The notes: generated by a model not told the origin, from the sequence alone. A stretch of 64,000 nucleotides of DNA from an uncultured virus (IMG/VR IMGVR_UViG_3300044731_001157) (IMGVR_UViG_3300044731_001157), one strand, 5' to 3'; numbered from the stretch's first letter, positions 1 through 10,154 are shown. Made by a program: numbers and translations.

Positions 1-123
1 AACTTGTTTGGGAATTGTTTGGAACTTTCTTATTCTGATAATCAAGGATTTATCTTCGGAAATGGAAACAAATGTGGAACTTGTTTGGGAAGTGTTGGGA
101 AGTTGTTGGGAACTTGTTGGGGG
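1..123. repeat. Degenerate G/T-rich short repeats (GGAA-x-TTGTT(T)GG)
   Basis: aacttgtttgggaattgtttggaa (1-24) and ggaacttgtttgggaagtgttgggaagttgttgggaacttgttggg (76-121). Confidence 0.7.
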
Positions 124-157
124 AATTTTATGGGTGGATAGGAGGGGTTGGGGGGAT

Positions 158-223
158 TGTCTAAAAAATGTCTAAAAAATGTCTAAAAAATGTCTAAAAA
201 ATGTCTAAAAAATGTCTAAAAAA
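158..223. repeat. Six perfect tandem copies of 11-mer TGTCTAAAAAA
   Basis: Read directly: units start at 158, 169, 180, 191, 202, 213. Confidence 0.95.
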
Positions 224-726
224 ATCGTTTAAAAAAACACATAAAAAAATCACAAAAAATTACACGTTTTAATGCTATTTTTTTGATGTTTTATATTTGT
301 AAATAAAATTAATTAATAAAACTTCTTATGTATTGATTTTACTATATCTGACAAGCTTTTTTTTATGGTCTAATAACAAAACCTAAAAAAACCAACAAAA
401 TCGACAAAAGACAAAAAACACCGACAAAAAACACTATTTTTTGTGCAAGATTAAATCTATTCTTTATGTGTATTTTAATAGATTTTATTTATAGTACCTT
501 ATTTTATTGGGGTTCGCAAGGTTTTTTTTGAATTATTTTAAATTAAAGAAAAAATCAACATAAAAACATTTAAACCTTGTTAAGTATTGTAAAATCAATA
601 CTTCGCAAGGTTTTTTTTATCATGAAGAAGAAATTTACATAAATTTATCAATAATTATTTAATAGATATGATTTATTAAAAATAAAAATAAAATAGAAAA
701 ATAATATAATGTATTTTTAATAATAA

Positions 727-757
727 TTTGTATTAATAATAATAATTTATATCTTTG
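727..757 (+). promoter_or_regulatory. Bacteroidota sigma-ABfr-type promoter
   Basis: TTTG (727-730), 19 nt spacer, TATCTTTG (750-757), upstream of ATG 782. Confidence 0.75.
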
Positions 758-781
758 AAAAGAATTTTAAAACTTTATAAT

Positions 782-1633
782 ATGAACTTACAAAATGAAA
801 CTTTTGAATTGTTAGAGCAAACAGCTACTAACTGGACTGTAAACAAATTACCACTTGTTACAGAAAACGGATTATCAACTGAATCTTATGGTATGTTCAG
901 AAATGATAACAATTTATGGCTTGGAACTATTGGTAAACAATATGAGCCAATGCACAATTTTGAAGTAGCAGAAACACTAATTGCTACTACTGAAGAAATA
1001 AGCGAAAAACATAGGGGCGGTATGTTATTCAATGGTAAAAAAGTTTTTTATCAATCTGAAATAAAACCTATTCAAGTTGCTAATGATGAGGTTAAGCGTT
1101 TTGTTACTATTCTTAATTCGCATGATGGTTCTTCTTCTATTGGTTTTGGTTTTTCTAATACAGTAGTTGTTTGTCAAAATACTTTTTACAAAGCAATGAA
1201 GGAAGTACAAAAATTCAGACATACTACTTCGGCTTCAGAAAGATTAGGAATAGCAAGAAAACAAGTTAGAGAAATTCTATTAGCAGAAAATGAAGTTATG
1301 GAAATTTATCAAAAAATGGCTGACACTAAAATCAACAATAAAGCTATCAAACTTGTTATAGCTGATTTGTTTGACTTAAAAGAAGAAGATATTGATAAGC
1401 CAATTGAGGATTTTTCTACAAGAAAAGTAAATGACATAGCTAAATTCAAACAAATTTTAGATAGTGAGTTGGCTTCACATGGAGAAACTATTTGGGGTTT
1501 GTTTAATGCAGTAACTTGGAAAACTAATCACGCTGACATAAGAAGAAACAATCAACTTGAAAACGTAATGGTTGGTTCTGGATATAAAAAAAACAATTCC
1601 GCTTTTAAAACATTATCTGAATTAGTTTATTAA
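782..1633 (+). CDS. DUF932/TIGR03299-like phage/plasmid protein
   Basis: Motifs G.LFNGKKVF, LNSHDGSS, VVCQNT, FRHT, T.WGLFNAVT; ATG 782 preferred over TTG 755, which overlaps the promoter. Confidence 0.8.
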   Translation: MNLQNETFELLEQTATNWTVNKLPLVTENGLSTESYGMFRNDNNLWLGTIGKQYEPMHNFEVAETLIATTEEISEKHRGGMLFNGKKVFYQSEIKPIQVANDEVKRFVTILNSHDGSSSIGFGFSNTVVVCQNTFYKAMKEVQKFRHTTSASERLGIARKQVREILLAENEVMEIYQKMADTKINNKAIKLVIADLFDLKEEDIDKPIEDFSTRKVNDIAKFKQILDSELASHGETIWGLFNAVTWKTNHADIRRNNQLENVMVGSGYKKNNSAFKTLSELVY

Positions 1634-1700
1634 TAATAACACCTCTCGATGTATAGGCTAATCGTAAACTTTAATATTAATTATAAAAAACAAAAACAAA

Positions 1701-2204
1701 ATGAAAAAATTATTAGTTATCGCAGTTTTATTACAAGGTTTATTTTCTAATGCTCAAGAGTATGTTGTAGAACATTCAATTGACGAAATGACAAAAAAAG
1801 AGTATTATTTACCAACTGAAAAAATGATTATTGCAAACACAGAAAAAACAAAAGGATTTACAATAAGTCCTAATTTTAAATTTGAAGATAATAAATTGGT
1901 TTTACAATCTGTAATTGTAAAGTCATTTGTAGGTAGTTCTTGTGTAGAAAAAAGCAAACTGTATTTTCTTTTAGAAAACGACAAAGTAATTACATTAGAT
2001 TCTTGGAACAAATTTAATTGTGATGGAACTTCTTATTTTGACTTTACAGATGAAGATTTAAAAAGCTTATCTGAATCTAAAGTAAAATTAGTTCGATTTG
2101 TTAACGGATATGAATATGCAGAATTTCAAAACAATCCAGTAGCTGAAAAAAAGAACTTTTTTATAAGAGTTATAACAAATAGCAAAATAGTTGAAGTAAA
2201 ATAA
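1701..2204 (+). CDS. Secreted hypothetical protein
   Basis: Signal peptide ending SNA-Q (Bacteroidota Q-rule). Confidence 0.7.
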   Translation: MKKLLVIAVLLQGLFSNAQEYVVEHSIDEMTKKEYYLPTEKMIIANTEKTKGFTISPNFKFEDNKLVLQSVIVKSFVGSSCVEKSKLYFLLENDKVITLDSWNKFNCDGTSYFDFTDEDLKSLSESKVKLVRFVNGYEYAEFQNNPVAEKKNFFIRVITNSKIVEVK

Positions 2205-2244
2205 TTGTTAATCCTCTCGATGGTGGTTAATCGTATTTTTTATT

Positions 2245-2673
2245 ATGAAACTAATATCAATGACAGATTTTGTTTTAGAGCAAGAAAAGAAATTTAATCA
2301 ATGGGAAAAAACATTTGATTCAAGCACTTCTTTTTGGAAATGTATTGTATATGCTAAATTTCTAAAACAACCATTAAAATTAGAAATGTTTGTTCCAGTA
2401 GATGAAGATGGTAATTTTTTAGAAGAACCAGAACAGTTTAAAGAATGGATTAAGTCAGACCATTATTTTAATGCTTCAGAGAGTGTTACTCATGAATGTA
2501 GAATGTATAAGAAAGCAAAAGAAAAAGTTTTGTTTTTAAGATTTGATGGTAGCGATTTTGATAGTTCTTTAGCAAAAGTATATTTAGATTGTTATTTTAA
2601 TATAGAGCAATTATCTAATGGAGTAAAAGAACAAGTATTAACAGAAAACGCAATTAAACAATTAGCACTATGA
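2245..2673 (+). CDS. Hypothetical protein, paralogue of 18728..19195
   Basis: Shared MKLI.MTD, Y..FLK.PL.L.MF.P, LT..AIKQL. Confidence 0.75.
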   Translation: MKLISMTDFVLEQEKKFNQWEKTFDSSTSFWKCIVYAKFLKQPLKLEMFVPVDEDGNFLEEPEQFKEWIKSDHYFNASESVTHECRMYKKAKEKVLFLRFDGSDFDSSLAKVYLDCYFNIEQLSNGVKEQVLTENAIKQLAL

Positions 2674-2906
2674 AAATATTCTTTCAATCATTCTTTCAAA
2701 TAGGATTAGTCGCTATAAGCACCATTTTAATAACAAAAGGTTACATAGTGGGTATATTTATTGCTTCGTTTCTTATTAGCCTTCTTTGGGCGTTTAATGT
2801 AAGCCGAGTTGCTATATCTACTTTAAATCAAAAACTAACTTATGCCTTTGGTGCAGGTTGTGGTTCAGTAGTCGGAGTTTTAATTTTAAAATATTTTAAT
2901 TTTTAG
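2670..2906 (+). CDS. Small multi-pass membrane protein
   Basis: Three hydrophobic segments; ATGA-coupled to previous gene. Confidence 0.65.
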   Translation: MKIFFQSFFQIGLVAISTILITKGYIVGIFIASFLISLLWAFNVSRVAISTLNQKLTYAFGAGCGSVVGVLILKYFNF

Positions 2907-2908
2907 TT

Positions 2909-3718
2909 ATGAAAAACATACACATATTACCAACATTACAACCAAGTAGATTGTGGTTTCACAAACTTAATCGTAATCTTGGATTTTCAGACTTACCTAT
3001 GGAATATAATGGTTCTGGAACTTGGGTAGAAGGTAGAAACATCTACATCACTAATGATGAAGAAATTAAAGAAGGAGAATATCAACTATTTAATCCTTTA
3101 GGTAATTTTAATAATGCAAAAGTATCTAAAGCAGAAAGACTGTTAGAGAGTGATGGTAGAAGAAAAAAAATCATCCTAACAACAGACAAAGACTTAATCA
3201 AAGATGGTGTACAAGCTATTGATGATGAGTTTATTGAATGGTTCGTAAAGAATCCAAGTTGTGATGAGATTTATGTTAATAAAATTGAATCATTTGATTT
3301 TGGAATTGATAAATATGTTTATAATTACAAAATCATCATTCCAAAAGAACAACCTAAACAAGATTGGTATTGTCCTAAATGCCAAAGTTATGTTAGTTCA
3401 GAAAGTGTAACATTTGAAGAAACACATCAAATATGTAATACAAGTGTTGTTATAGAAGAACCTAAACAAGATTGCGAATGTACAGATGAATGTTTAGGCT
3501 ATTTGACAAAGGATTGTAAACGCATTGAACAACCTAAACAAGAAACACCTGAAATAATAACAACAACTAAATTTAGTTGGGAACAAGAACAAGACAATAC
3601 TGCAAATGAGATACTAAATTACATTTTAACAAATGATGATGGTGTAGGAATTGCTTTAGGATATAACTCAAGAGAAATGATAGAACAACATTTTAAAAAC
3701 ATAAATTATGACAGATAA
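2909..3718 (+). CDS. Mosaic hypothetical protein (MKNIHILPT family) with Cys-rich modules
   Basis: Paralogous to 17883; EPKQ[DE] linkers separate CxxC modules. Confidence 0.75.
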   Translation: MKNIHILPTLQPSRLWFHKLNRNLGFSDLPMEYNGSGTWVEGRNIYITNDEEIKEGEYQLFNPLGNFNNAKVSKAERLLESDGRRKKIILTTDKDLIKDGVQAIDDEFIEWFVKNPSCDEIYVNKIESFDFGIDKYVYNYKIIIPKEQPKQDWYCPKCQSYVSSESVTFEETHQICNTSVVIEEPKQDCECTDECLGYLTKDCKRIEQPKQETPEIITTTKFSWEQEQDNTANEILNYILTNDDGVGIALGYNSREMIEQHFKNINYDR

Positions 3719-3971
3719 AGAAACACTTGAAGAAAATAAATTAAGACAGTTATTTAAAAATAGAAGTAATTGTTATGCTGATGCAGATGAGGTAGTTCAA
3801 GCAATGGATGAGGATTGCTTCATTTCAACTATTAATGAATGGCAACAAGAACAACACAAGAATAAGTATAGTGAGGAAGAAGTATTAAAGTTAATATTAA
3901 CATCAGGTAAATTACCATTTGCAAATAATGAAGAAAGAATCCAATGGTTTGAACAAAATAAAAAGAAATAA
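3708..3971 (+). CDS. Hypothetical protein (YSEEEV...WFEQ family)
   Basis: C-terminus shared with 17064 and 21082. Confidence 0.65.
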   Translation: MTDKETLEENKLRQLFKNRSNCYADADEVVQAMDEDCFISTINEWQQEQHKNKYSEEEVLKLILTSGKLPFANNEERIQWFEQNKKK

Positions 3972-4059
3972 GATTATGGGTCAATTTTTAGCTATACTAT
4001 TAATCATAATTAACTTGTTTGCCTTACTAAAAGATTAACAATTTAAAAACAAATAAGTT

Positions 4060-4440
4060 ATGAAAAAACTATTATTAATTGCATTATTGTTTGTATCGTT
4101 TACAACCTATGCACAAAAAGAAACTTTTACAAAAACATATAAATCATATAACACAAAAGAAGATGGTGTTATTATGGAATTACAAAGAACAGACCTATTG
4201 GTTGTTTTTAATGAAAAGAATACTGGCTATATATGTTTGTATTACCAAGATGGTAAAACAATTAAATACAAGCCTTATGGTAATGTTGAAAAAGTTGAAA
4301 CAACTGATGGAGATAAAACACAATTAATTAAAGCAATAGATGTTTCTTCTGGAGATGAAGTTTTAATTCAATTATTTGATGAATCTGAAATGTTAAGAAT
4401 TATAATTGCTCAAGGTTGGTTGATAGAATTTTATAAATAA
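4060..4440 (+). CDS. Secreted hypothetical protein
   Basis: Signal peptide ending TYA-Q. Confidence 0.7.
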   Translation: MKKLLLIALLFVSFTTYAQKETFTKTYKSYNTKEDGVIMELQRTDLLVVFNEKNTGYICLYYQDGKTIKYKPYGNVEKVETTDGDKTQLIKAIDVSSGDEVLIQLFDESEMLRIIIAQGWLIEFYK

Positions 4441-4449
4441 TATAAATTA

Positions 4450-4508
4450 TTTAATATAATATTTTGTATTATAAATAATATTTTATACTTTTGACTTGAA
4501 CTTTAAAA
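4450..4508 (+). promoter_or_regulatory. 59-bp promoter cassette, near-identical to 16996..17054
   Basis: Contains TTTG...TACTTTTG; two differences from second copy. Confidence 0.8.
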
Positions 4509-4608
4509 CATAGAGCATGAAAAAAACACAAAAAATATACAATGCAATTGTAATGCTTGTTGCACTTTACTTTTTATTCAGAATTATAATTTTTCTAATT
4601 TTTAAAAT

Positions 4609-4923
4609 ATGATACAAGAATTTATAACAGTAGATGGAGAAGTAATTTCAGTAGAAGAAAACTCTTTTTACACAAAACTATTAAATAATATTCCAGATGA
4701 AGAACTCACTTCTTATTTTCTCAAAAAAAACCTTCTTAAAAAAGTTAGAGAAAACCACAAAGTAACCAATGGAGATAATGGACTTTCTATTATACAATTG
4801 AGAAGCTTTTTTTCTTTTGAAGAAATAGAACAAGCTTTGGAATATTTACAAGAAAAAAACCAAATTCAAAAGAGAGAAGGAATTAATCACGAACTATATT
4901 TTTTAAACACTAAAAACAAATAA
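4609..4923 (+). CDS. Hypothetical protein, possible winged-helix C-terminus
   Basis: ORF in operon; weak wHTH-like pattern. Confidence 0.55.
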   Translation: MIQEFITVDGEVISVEENSFYTKLLNNIPDEELTSYFLKKNLLKKVRENHKVTNGDNGLSIIQLRSFFSFEEIEQALEYLQEKNQIQKREGINHELYFLNTKNK

Positions 4924-4924
4924 A

Positions 4925-5326
4925 ATGGAAATTTTCACAAACGAATTTAAAAACGAATTATCAAAACAATTAGAAGAATTAACTAATGTTGTAAAAATAG
5001 ATGGAGCAGAACTAAAAAAAGATGGAGCAGTAGTAATGTCAGATTACGAAATTGCAAAACTTATGGATGCTTGTATGAATAATTCAGATTGCAGTAAAAA
5101 AGAAAAAAAACAAAAAAACCAATTTGAAGTAGGAGATGTTGTTTACTGGGGGGAAATGAAAGGAATTATAAAAGAAAAAGATAATAACAATTTAGGAAAC
5201 TGTTTTTTTGTAACTTTTTATGACGATTATGTTTTATTTTTTACAAAAGATGGTAGATTAAATAAAGAAACACCAAGACTATTATCTCACTACCCTTACA
5301 AATTAAAAATGAAGAAAATTAAATAA
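4925..5326 (+). CDS. Hypothetical protein
   Basis: Tightly packed ORF; FEVGDVV SH3/KOW-like motif. Confidence 0.6.
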   Translation: MEIFTNEFKNELSKQLEELTNVVKIDGAELKKDGAVVMSDYEIAKLMDACMNNSDCSKKEKKQKNQFEVGDVVYWGEMKGIIKEKDNNNLGNCFFVTFYDDYVLFFTKDGRLNKETPRLLSHYPYKLKMKKIK

Positions 5327-5327
5327 T

Positions 5328-5600
5328 ATGCGAAGTATAAAAGAACTTTTAGAACTTATGTTGAAAAATGAACAAGGTTATTTTAATGGTTTGTGTAATT
5401 GGGTTCATAATTTATATTTATCTAAAATTATTAACCTTGAAGAAAAATTATTATTAAATAGATATATTCGGAATAATAGACCAAGCAAGTGGAGTAGTTT
5501 TAGTGCTTTTAAAAGCAGAAATAATTATTTTTATTGGGAATGTAAAAACATTAAACCACGAATAAAATGGATTAAAAAACACATAAAGTTAAACTCTTAA
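5328..5600 (+). CDS. Hypothetical protein
   Basis: Tightly packed ORF. Confidence 0.55.
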   Translation: MRSIKELLELMLKNEQGYFNGLCNWVHNLYLSKIINLEEKLLLNRYIRNNRPSKWSSFSAFKSRNNYFYWECKNIKPRIKWIKKHIKLNS

Positions 5601-5611
5601 AATTTTTAATT

Positions 5612-6361
5612 ATGATACTCAAAAGACCTTTAATATTTTTCGATTTAGAAACTACTGGATTAGATGTTTCAACGGCAAGAATAGTTGAAATAGCTTGTGT
5701 AAAAATTGATATTGATGGAACTCGAACAGAAAAACATTCTTTAATCAATCCAACAATACCAATACCAAAAGAAGCAAGTGATGTGCATGGCATTACAGAT
5801 GATAAGGTACAAGGTAAACCAAGATTCATTGAGTTATCAAAATCTTTATATGCTTTCTTTTATGGTTGCGATATTGGAGGTTTTAATTCAGATAACTACG
5901 ACATACCTATTTTGGTTGAGGAGTTCTCAAGATGCGGAATTGTATTTGGGGATTGGGAAATGAATACAGTAGATGTTTATAGAATTGAAAAACTATTACG
6001 ACCAAGTAAGCTTTCTGATGTTTACAAAAGATATACTGGAAAGACTTTAGAAGATGCCCATTCCGCCATAGCAGATGTAGATGCAACAGTTGAGATTTTA
6101 TTCCACCAATACGAAGGCAAAGATGAAGTTACGCCAGAAGAAATGGAAAACTTTTATCGATTGAAAAAAAGATATGATTTATCTAATAAAATGTTTACAG
6201 ATGAACAAGGTGTGGTTTATTGGAATTTTGGAAAATATGCTAATAAGCCAATAGAAACCGATATGAAATATGTGGATTGGGTATTGCAACAAAAAACATT
6301 TTCTGAAGAAACAAAACGTAAAATTAATGACTATTTTAATAAGGATGTAATTAAGGAGTAA
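5612..6361 (+). CDS. DEDDh 3'-5' exonuclease (DnaQ/ExoX-like)
   Basis: FFDLETTG, GFNSDNYD, AHSAIAD; C-terminal FGKY motif. Confidence 0.9.
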   Translation: MILKRPLIFFDLETTGLDVSTARIVEIACVKIDIDGTRTEKHSLINPTIPIPKEASDVHGITDDKVQGKPRFIELSKSLYAFFYGCDIGGFNSDNYDIPILVEEFSRCGIVFGDWEMNTVDVYRIEKLLRPSKLSDVYKRYTGKTLEDAHSAIADVDATVEILFHQYEGKDEVTPEEMENFYRLKKRYDLSNKMFTDEQGVVYWNFGKYANKPIETDMKYVDWVLQQKTFSEETKRKINDYFNKDVIKE

Positions 6362-6855
6362 TGGAAAATATAGAAAAAAGAATGACTATTTTAGATTTTA
6401 TTAATCAACCATTTATATCACTTCGTACTAAAAATTCTTTAATTTTTATAAACGAACATTATACTTACATGGATGAGTTATCTGTTGTTAAGTTGGGTAA
6501 ATTTAGAAAAGTTGGAATACAAACAATATTTGAAATTCAAAAGTATTATCCTAACCTTAAAAATGAATTACAAGTTATAAGTAATTATGAAATAGGAAAA
6601 TACTTAAAACGTAATCGTAAGTATAAACCAACAAACACACCAACAAAAAAAATGTCAAACATTGAAGATAAAATACAAATGGGAAAAATAAAAAACATAG
6701 ATGATATAAAAGATTTGTCTATTAATATTTTAGACAAACTTGTTTTAGAAGGATATATAAAAGATTGTACTGACACAGATGACCAAACAGAATGTGAAGT
6801 TCAAGATTTAATAATTGAAGTTTTATGTGAAAAATTACATATAAAAAATGAGTAA
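6361..6855 (+). CDS. Protein with RNA polymerase alpha-CTD-like N-terminal motif
   Basis: ISLRTKNSL...LGKFRKVGIQTIFEI resembles the alpha-CTD HhH pattern. Confidence 0.5.
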   Translation: MENIEKRMTILDFINQPFISLRTKNSLIFINEHYTYMDELSVVKLGKFRKVGIQTIFEIQKYYPNLKNELQVISNYEIGKYLKRNRKYKPTNTPTKKMSNIEDKIQMGKIKNIDDIKDLSINILDKLVLEGYIKDCTDTDDQTECEVQDLIIEVLCEKLHIKNE

Positions 6856-7471
6856 ACAAAACAAAGATTGGATTGGTGGCACACAAAATGTTATGGCTAC
6901 CCTAAATGCAAGTTCTCACTCTGAAGAAGAAAGAGAACAAAATGATTATTATGCAACGCCACCAAAAGCAGTTGAACAACTTTTGAATTTAGAAACTTTC
7001 CAAAATAACATTTGGGAGTGTGCTTGTGGAGAAGGTCATATATCAAAAGTTTTGAAAAAATTTGGACACAATGTAAGGAGTACTGATTTAATTGATAGAG
7101 GTTATGGAGATACTTATGACTTTTTAAAAACAAATGGTTTTGTTGATTGTGATATTATTACAAATCCACCTTTTTCAAAAGCAAATGAATTTTTATTAAA
7201 ATCAATGGAAATAATGTTTGATGGAAGAAAATTAGCAATGCTATTAAGAATACAATTTTTAGAAGGTGTAAAAAGGAGAGAAATATTTAAAAAATATCCA
7301 CCAAAAGTTGTTTATGTTGCATCAAGAAATATTAGATGTGCAAAAAATGGAGATTTTGAAAAAGCAACTGGAAATGCTTCCACATATTGTTGGTTTATTT
7401 GGGAAAAAGGATTCAATGGAGAGCCTATAATTAAATGGTTTAATGATTATTATGACAAACATAGAAGATAA
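6848..7471 (+). CDS. Phage DNA amino-methyltransferase (N6-adenine type)
   Basis: DYYATP, WECACGEG (SAM motif I), IITNPPF (motif IV). Confidence 0.85.
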   Translation: MSKQNKDWIGGTQNVMATLNASSHSEEEREQNDYYATPPKAVEQLLNLETFQNNIWECACGEGHISKVLKKFGHNVRSTDLIDRGYGDTYDFLKTNGFVDCDIITNPPFSKANEFLLKSMEIMFDGRKLAMLLRIQFLEGVKRREIFKKYPPKVVYVASRNIRCAKNGDFEKATGNASTYCWFIWEKGFNGEPIIKWFNDYYDKHRR

Positions 7472-7724
7472 GATAGGAGCATGGATTGGTGCTAATGCTT
7501 CAGATAAGACAAAAGAAAGAGAATTGTTAGAAGTGGTTAAAGAGTTTGCAAAAGACTTTGCTTTATGGAAAGAGTACCAAGTTCAGCAAGACGAAGATGG
7601 CAACTATTATGGCGAAAGCAGAATAGGTGTAAGCCGAAAAAATCCAGTAAATATTCATTCTTTAATGGATGTTTATTTAGACGAAAAAAGATTGTGGAAC
7701 AAACAAATTAATAAGCTAAAATGA
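7452..7724 (+). CDS. Hypothetical protein
   Basis: ORF in operon; start uncertain (7443/7452). Confidence 0.55.
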   Translation: MTNIEDKIGAWIGANASDKTKERELLEVVKEFAKDFALWKEYQVQQDEDGNYYGESRIGVSRKNPVNIHSLMDVYLDEKRLWNKQINKLK

Positions 7725-7876
7725 AAAAATGGTTAGTAGGTTATTGGAAGTACAAAAATGACCAATGGGAAGATTTAGAAACTGAAGTGGAAGCAATTGA
7801 TTTTGACCATGCTTATAAGAGTTTTAGAAGATTTGCTCCAACATTAAAAATAAGATTCATTCAAGAAATTAATTAG
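7721..7876 (+). CDS. Small hypothetical protein (51 aa, not in ORF track)
   Basis: ATGA-coupled; MKKWLVGYWKY...QEIN fills the gap exactly. Confidence 0.55.
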   Translation: MKKWLVGYWKYKNDQWEDLETEVEAIDFDHAYKSFRRFAPTLKIRFIQEIN

Positions 7877-7877
7877 T

Positions 7878-8087
7878 ATGACACCAATTGAACAAAAAGA
7901 ATACATTATCAAAAGAATACACTTAATGGATGGTATTGAAATGAGTAATGAACTTTTTAAAATTAAATCAGAACAATTTGCGGAATACTTAATAGATACA
8001 TTTGGATTTGAAATTATTAATAAATTAAGTTTATTCGCTGATTTTACAAATAATTATTGGCAATTAAAATTTATAAATAAAATATGA
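7878..8087 (+). CDS. Hypothetical protein
   Basis: Packed ORF. Confidence 0.55.
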   Translation: MTPIEQKEYIIKRIHLMDGIEMSNELFKIKSEQFAEYLIDTFGFEIINKLSLFADFTNNYWQLKFINKI

Positions 8088-8275
8088 CACCAAAACAAAA
8101 ACTTAAATCTTTAGAAAAAAAGATGGAGCGTATTCAAAACTGGTCGCCAGAATTTGATTTTAAAAATGCTTGTAGATACATTGAATCAATAAAAAAATAT
8201 CACGAATTACAAAAAGAACATTTTATATTGAAATTTGATATAGAAAATTGTCAAACTTGTGGAAAAAAATTATGA
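8084..8275 (+). CDS. Hypothetical protein with terminal CxxC
   Basis: ATGA coupling; CQTCG. Confidence 0.55.
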   Translation: MTPKQKLKSLEKKMERIQNWSPEFDFKNACRYIESIKKYHELQKEHFILKFDIENCQTCGKKL

Positions 8276-8502
8276 AAACAGAACAATTAACACCAAAAGA
8301 AAAAGCAAAAGAGTTAATGAGTAAATTTAACGAAATTCATACTCTTAACAATTACGAAGCCAAACAATGTGCATCAATAGAAGTGGATGAAATATTAAAA
8401 AGCAAAAAACAAAATATTATACATTTCTATCGTTGTGGTGATGAATTTTGTGAATGTGGTGGATATTGGCAAGAAGTAAAATCAGAAATAGAAAGATTAT
8501 GA
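8272..8502 (+). CDS. Hypothetical protein, paralogue of 15428..15694
   Basis: Shared TPKEKA.EL, AK.CA.I.VDEI, EI.[RK]L. Confidence 0.7.
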   Translation: MKTEQLTPKEKAKELMSKFNEIHTLNNYEAKQCASIEVDEILKSKKQNIIHFYRCGDEFCECGGYWQEVKSEIERL

Positions 8503-8735
8503 TTAGTCAAGAATTAAGATTAAAAACAATAGCGGTATGCTCCGAGTTGTTATTGGAAGCAATAGACGATGGTAGAAAGTTAAATCCTAATGGAGAACTT
8601 TTAAAAAGCCTTTTAGAAAAACAACTCGAAGCTGTTTATTCACATAAAGAGGTAAGCGGTAATAAAAGTTACCAAGAAACAAAAAAAAGAGTATTATTTA
8701 ATATTAACGCACACTTTAAATTACCGAAAAAATGA
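8499..8735 (+). CDS. Hypothetical protein
   Basis: ATGA-coupled start at 8499. Confidence 0.6.
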   Translation: MISQELRLKTIAVCSELLLEAIDDGRKLNPNGELLKSLLEKQLEAVYSHKEVSGNKSYQETKKRVLFNINAHFKLPKK

Positions 8736-9691
8736 ACCAAGAACAAGAACTAATGGAAAACGGATTACCAAGAGAGGTAGTATTATCAATTGATAGCAAA
8801 TTCAAAGAATATGAAGATATTGCTAATGAATGGAACAAAAAAGCATACGAAATAGAAGTTACCGATGAAAGCCAAGTTGAGTTAATGCAACAAGCTAAAG
8901 AAGGTAGATTACTTCTTAAAGCAAAGCGAGTTGAAATTGAAAAAACACGCAAACGCCTAAAAGAGCAATCTTTGTTAGAAGGTAGATTTATAGATAGCCT
9001 TGCCAAAAGATTATTTATGATTATAGAACCAGCAGAGGAGCATTTAGCTATTCAAGAAAGATATGCGGAAACCAAAGAGCAATTAAGAAAAGCAAAATTA
9101 AAAATAGATAGATTAGTTTTACTTAATCCTTACTTAACAGTTTTAGATTTAGATGCTTTTGATTTAAGTACTATGTCCGAAGTTGCTTTTACAACTATTT
9201 TGAATGGAGCTAAATTTTCATTTGAAAAATATCAAAAAGAGCAAGAGCAAATAAGATTAGAGCAAGAGGAAACAGAAAAAAGAGCCAAGCTATATTCTGA
9301 AAGAAGAATGAAATTAGCACCCTATTCTTTTTTTATTGTAAACGAAGATGATGTTTTATATGCAGATACTACTGAAGAACAATTCCAAGAAATATTCAAT
9401 AGATTAAAAGACCGCAAAAAACAAGATGATGAGCAAAAGGAATTATTGGCAAAGCAAAATGCCGAGTTGCAAAAACAAGTTGTTAAAGCTGAAAAACAAG
9501 TAGAAAAGGTTAATAAAAAAACTATTGTATTTCAAACTATTTCTGACAACCACAAAAAACAGTTATCTGAAATAGAACTACTAAAGCAACAGAATAACGA
9601 TATGAAAGCAACCCTTGAAACTTGCTTAAAATTCATCATTCCAGACCCATTAAGAAAAGCTATTGAAAATACTTTAAAATCTCTTAAATAA
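8732..9691 (+). CDS. Coiled-coil phage protein
   Basis: Long E/K/Q heptads; RVEIEKTRKRLK...GRFID pattern. Confidence 0.7.
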   Translation: MNQEQELMENGLPREVVLSIDSKFKEYEDIANEWNKKAYEIEVTDESQVELMQQAKEGRLLLKAKRVEIEKTRKRLKEQSLLEGRFIDSLAKRLFMIIEPAEEHLAIQERYAETKEQLRKAKLKIDRLVLLNPYLTVLDLDAFDLSTMSEVAFTTILNGAKFSFEKYQKEQEQIRLEQEETEKRAKLYSERRMKLAPYSFFIVNEDDVLYADTTEEQFQEIFNRLKDRKKQDDEQKELLAKQNAELQKQVVKAEKQVEKVNKKTIVFQTISDNHKKQLSEIELLKQQNNDMKATLETCLKFIIPDPLRKAIENTLKSLK

Positions 9692-9758
9692 TATTTTGTA
9701 TTTAAAATAATAAAGTATATTTTTGATAAAAATTATTATTAAATAAAATAACTAAATT

Positions 9759-10154
9759 ATGAAAAGAATTTTTAGATTTATTAACTGGCTTTTTGGAACA
9801 GGAACGCCAGATGTAGAAAAGACAGAACAGCTATTAAAACAAGAAGCTGAACAAATTTCAGAAGTGCAAAAATCAGTAAATGAAATTAAGGTAATTCATG
9901 AAGAAATATCTAATAAGTTAGAGAGTTGCATTCCACCGCCAAGACCAAAAAAACTTGTAATCGACCCAAGACTTTCTTCAGTTCAATTAAGACTGTATCT
10001 AATGAATAATGGAGTTCTTGAAACAAAAGAAATGTCAAGAAAAGAAAAACAATATTACGCTAAAAAGATTTATTTTTTAAGATACAAAAGAGGTATGAAA
10101 ATAGCGTTTGACAAAATAACCAAAACTTATAAATACTTCAAAAATGGACTATAA
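9759..10154 (+). CDS. Hypothetical protein
   Basis: Follows promoter-like sequence at about 9688-9725. Confidence 0.6.
   Translation: MKRIFRFINWLFGTGTPDVEKTEQLLKQEAEQISEVQKSVNEIKVIHEEISNKLESCIPPPRPKKLVIDPRLSSVQLRLYLMNNGVLETKEMSRKEKQYYAKKIYFLRYKRGMKIAFDKITKTYKYFKNGL

Noticed and set aside
158..223. CRISPR array
   Set aside because: 11-nt tandem units without spacers; no cas genes
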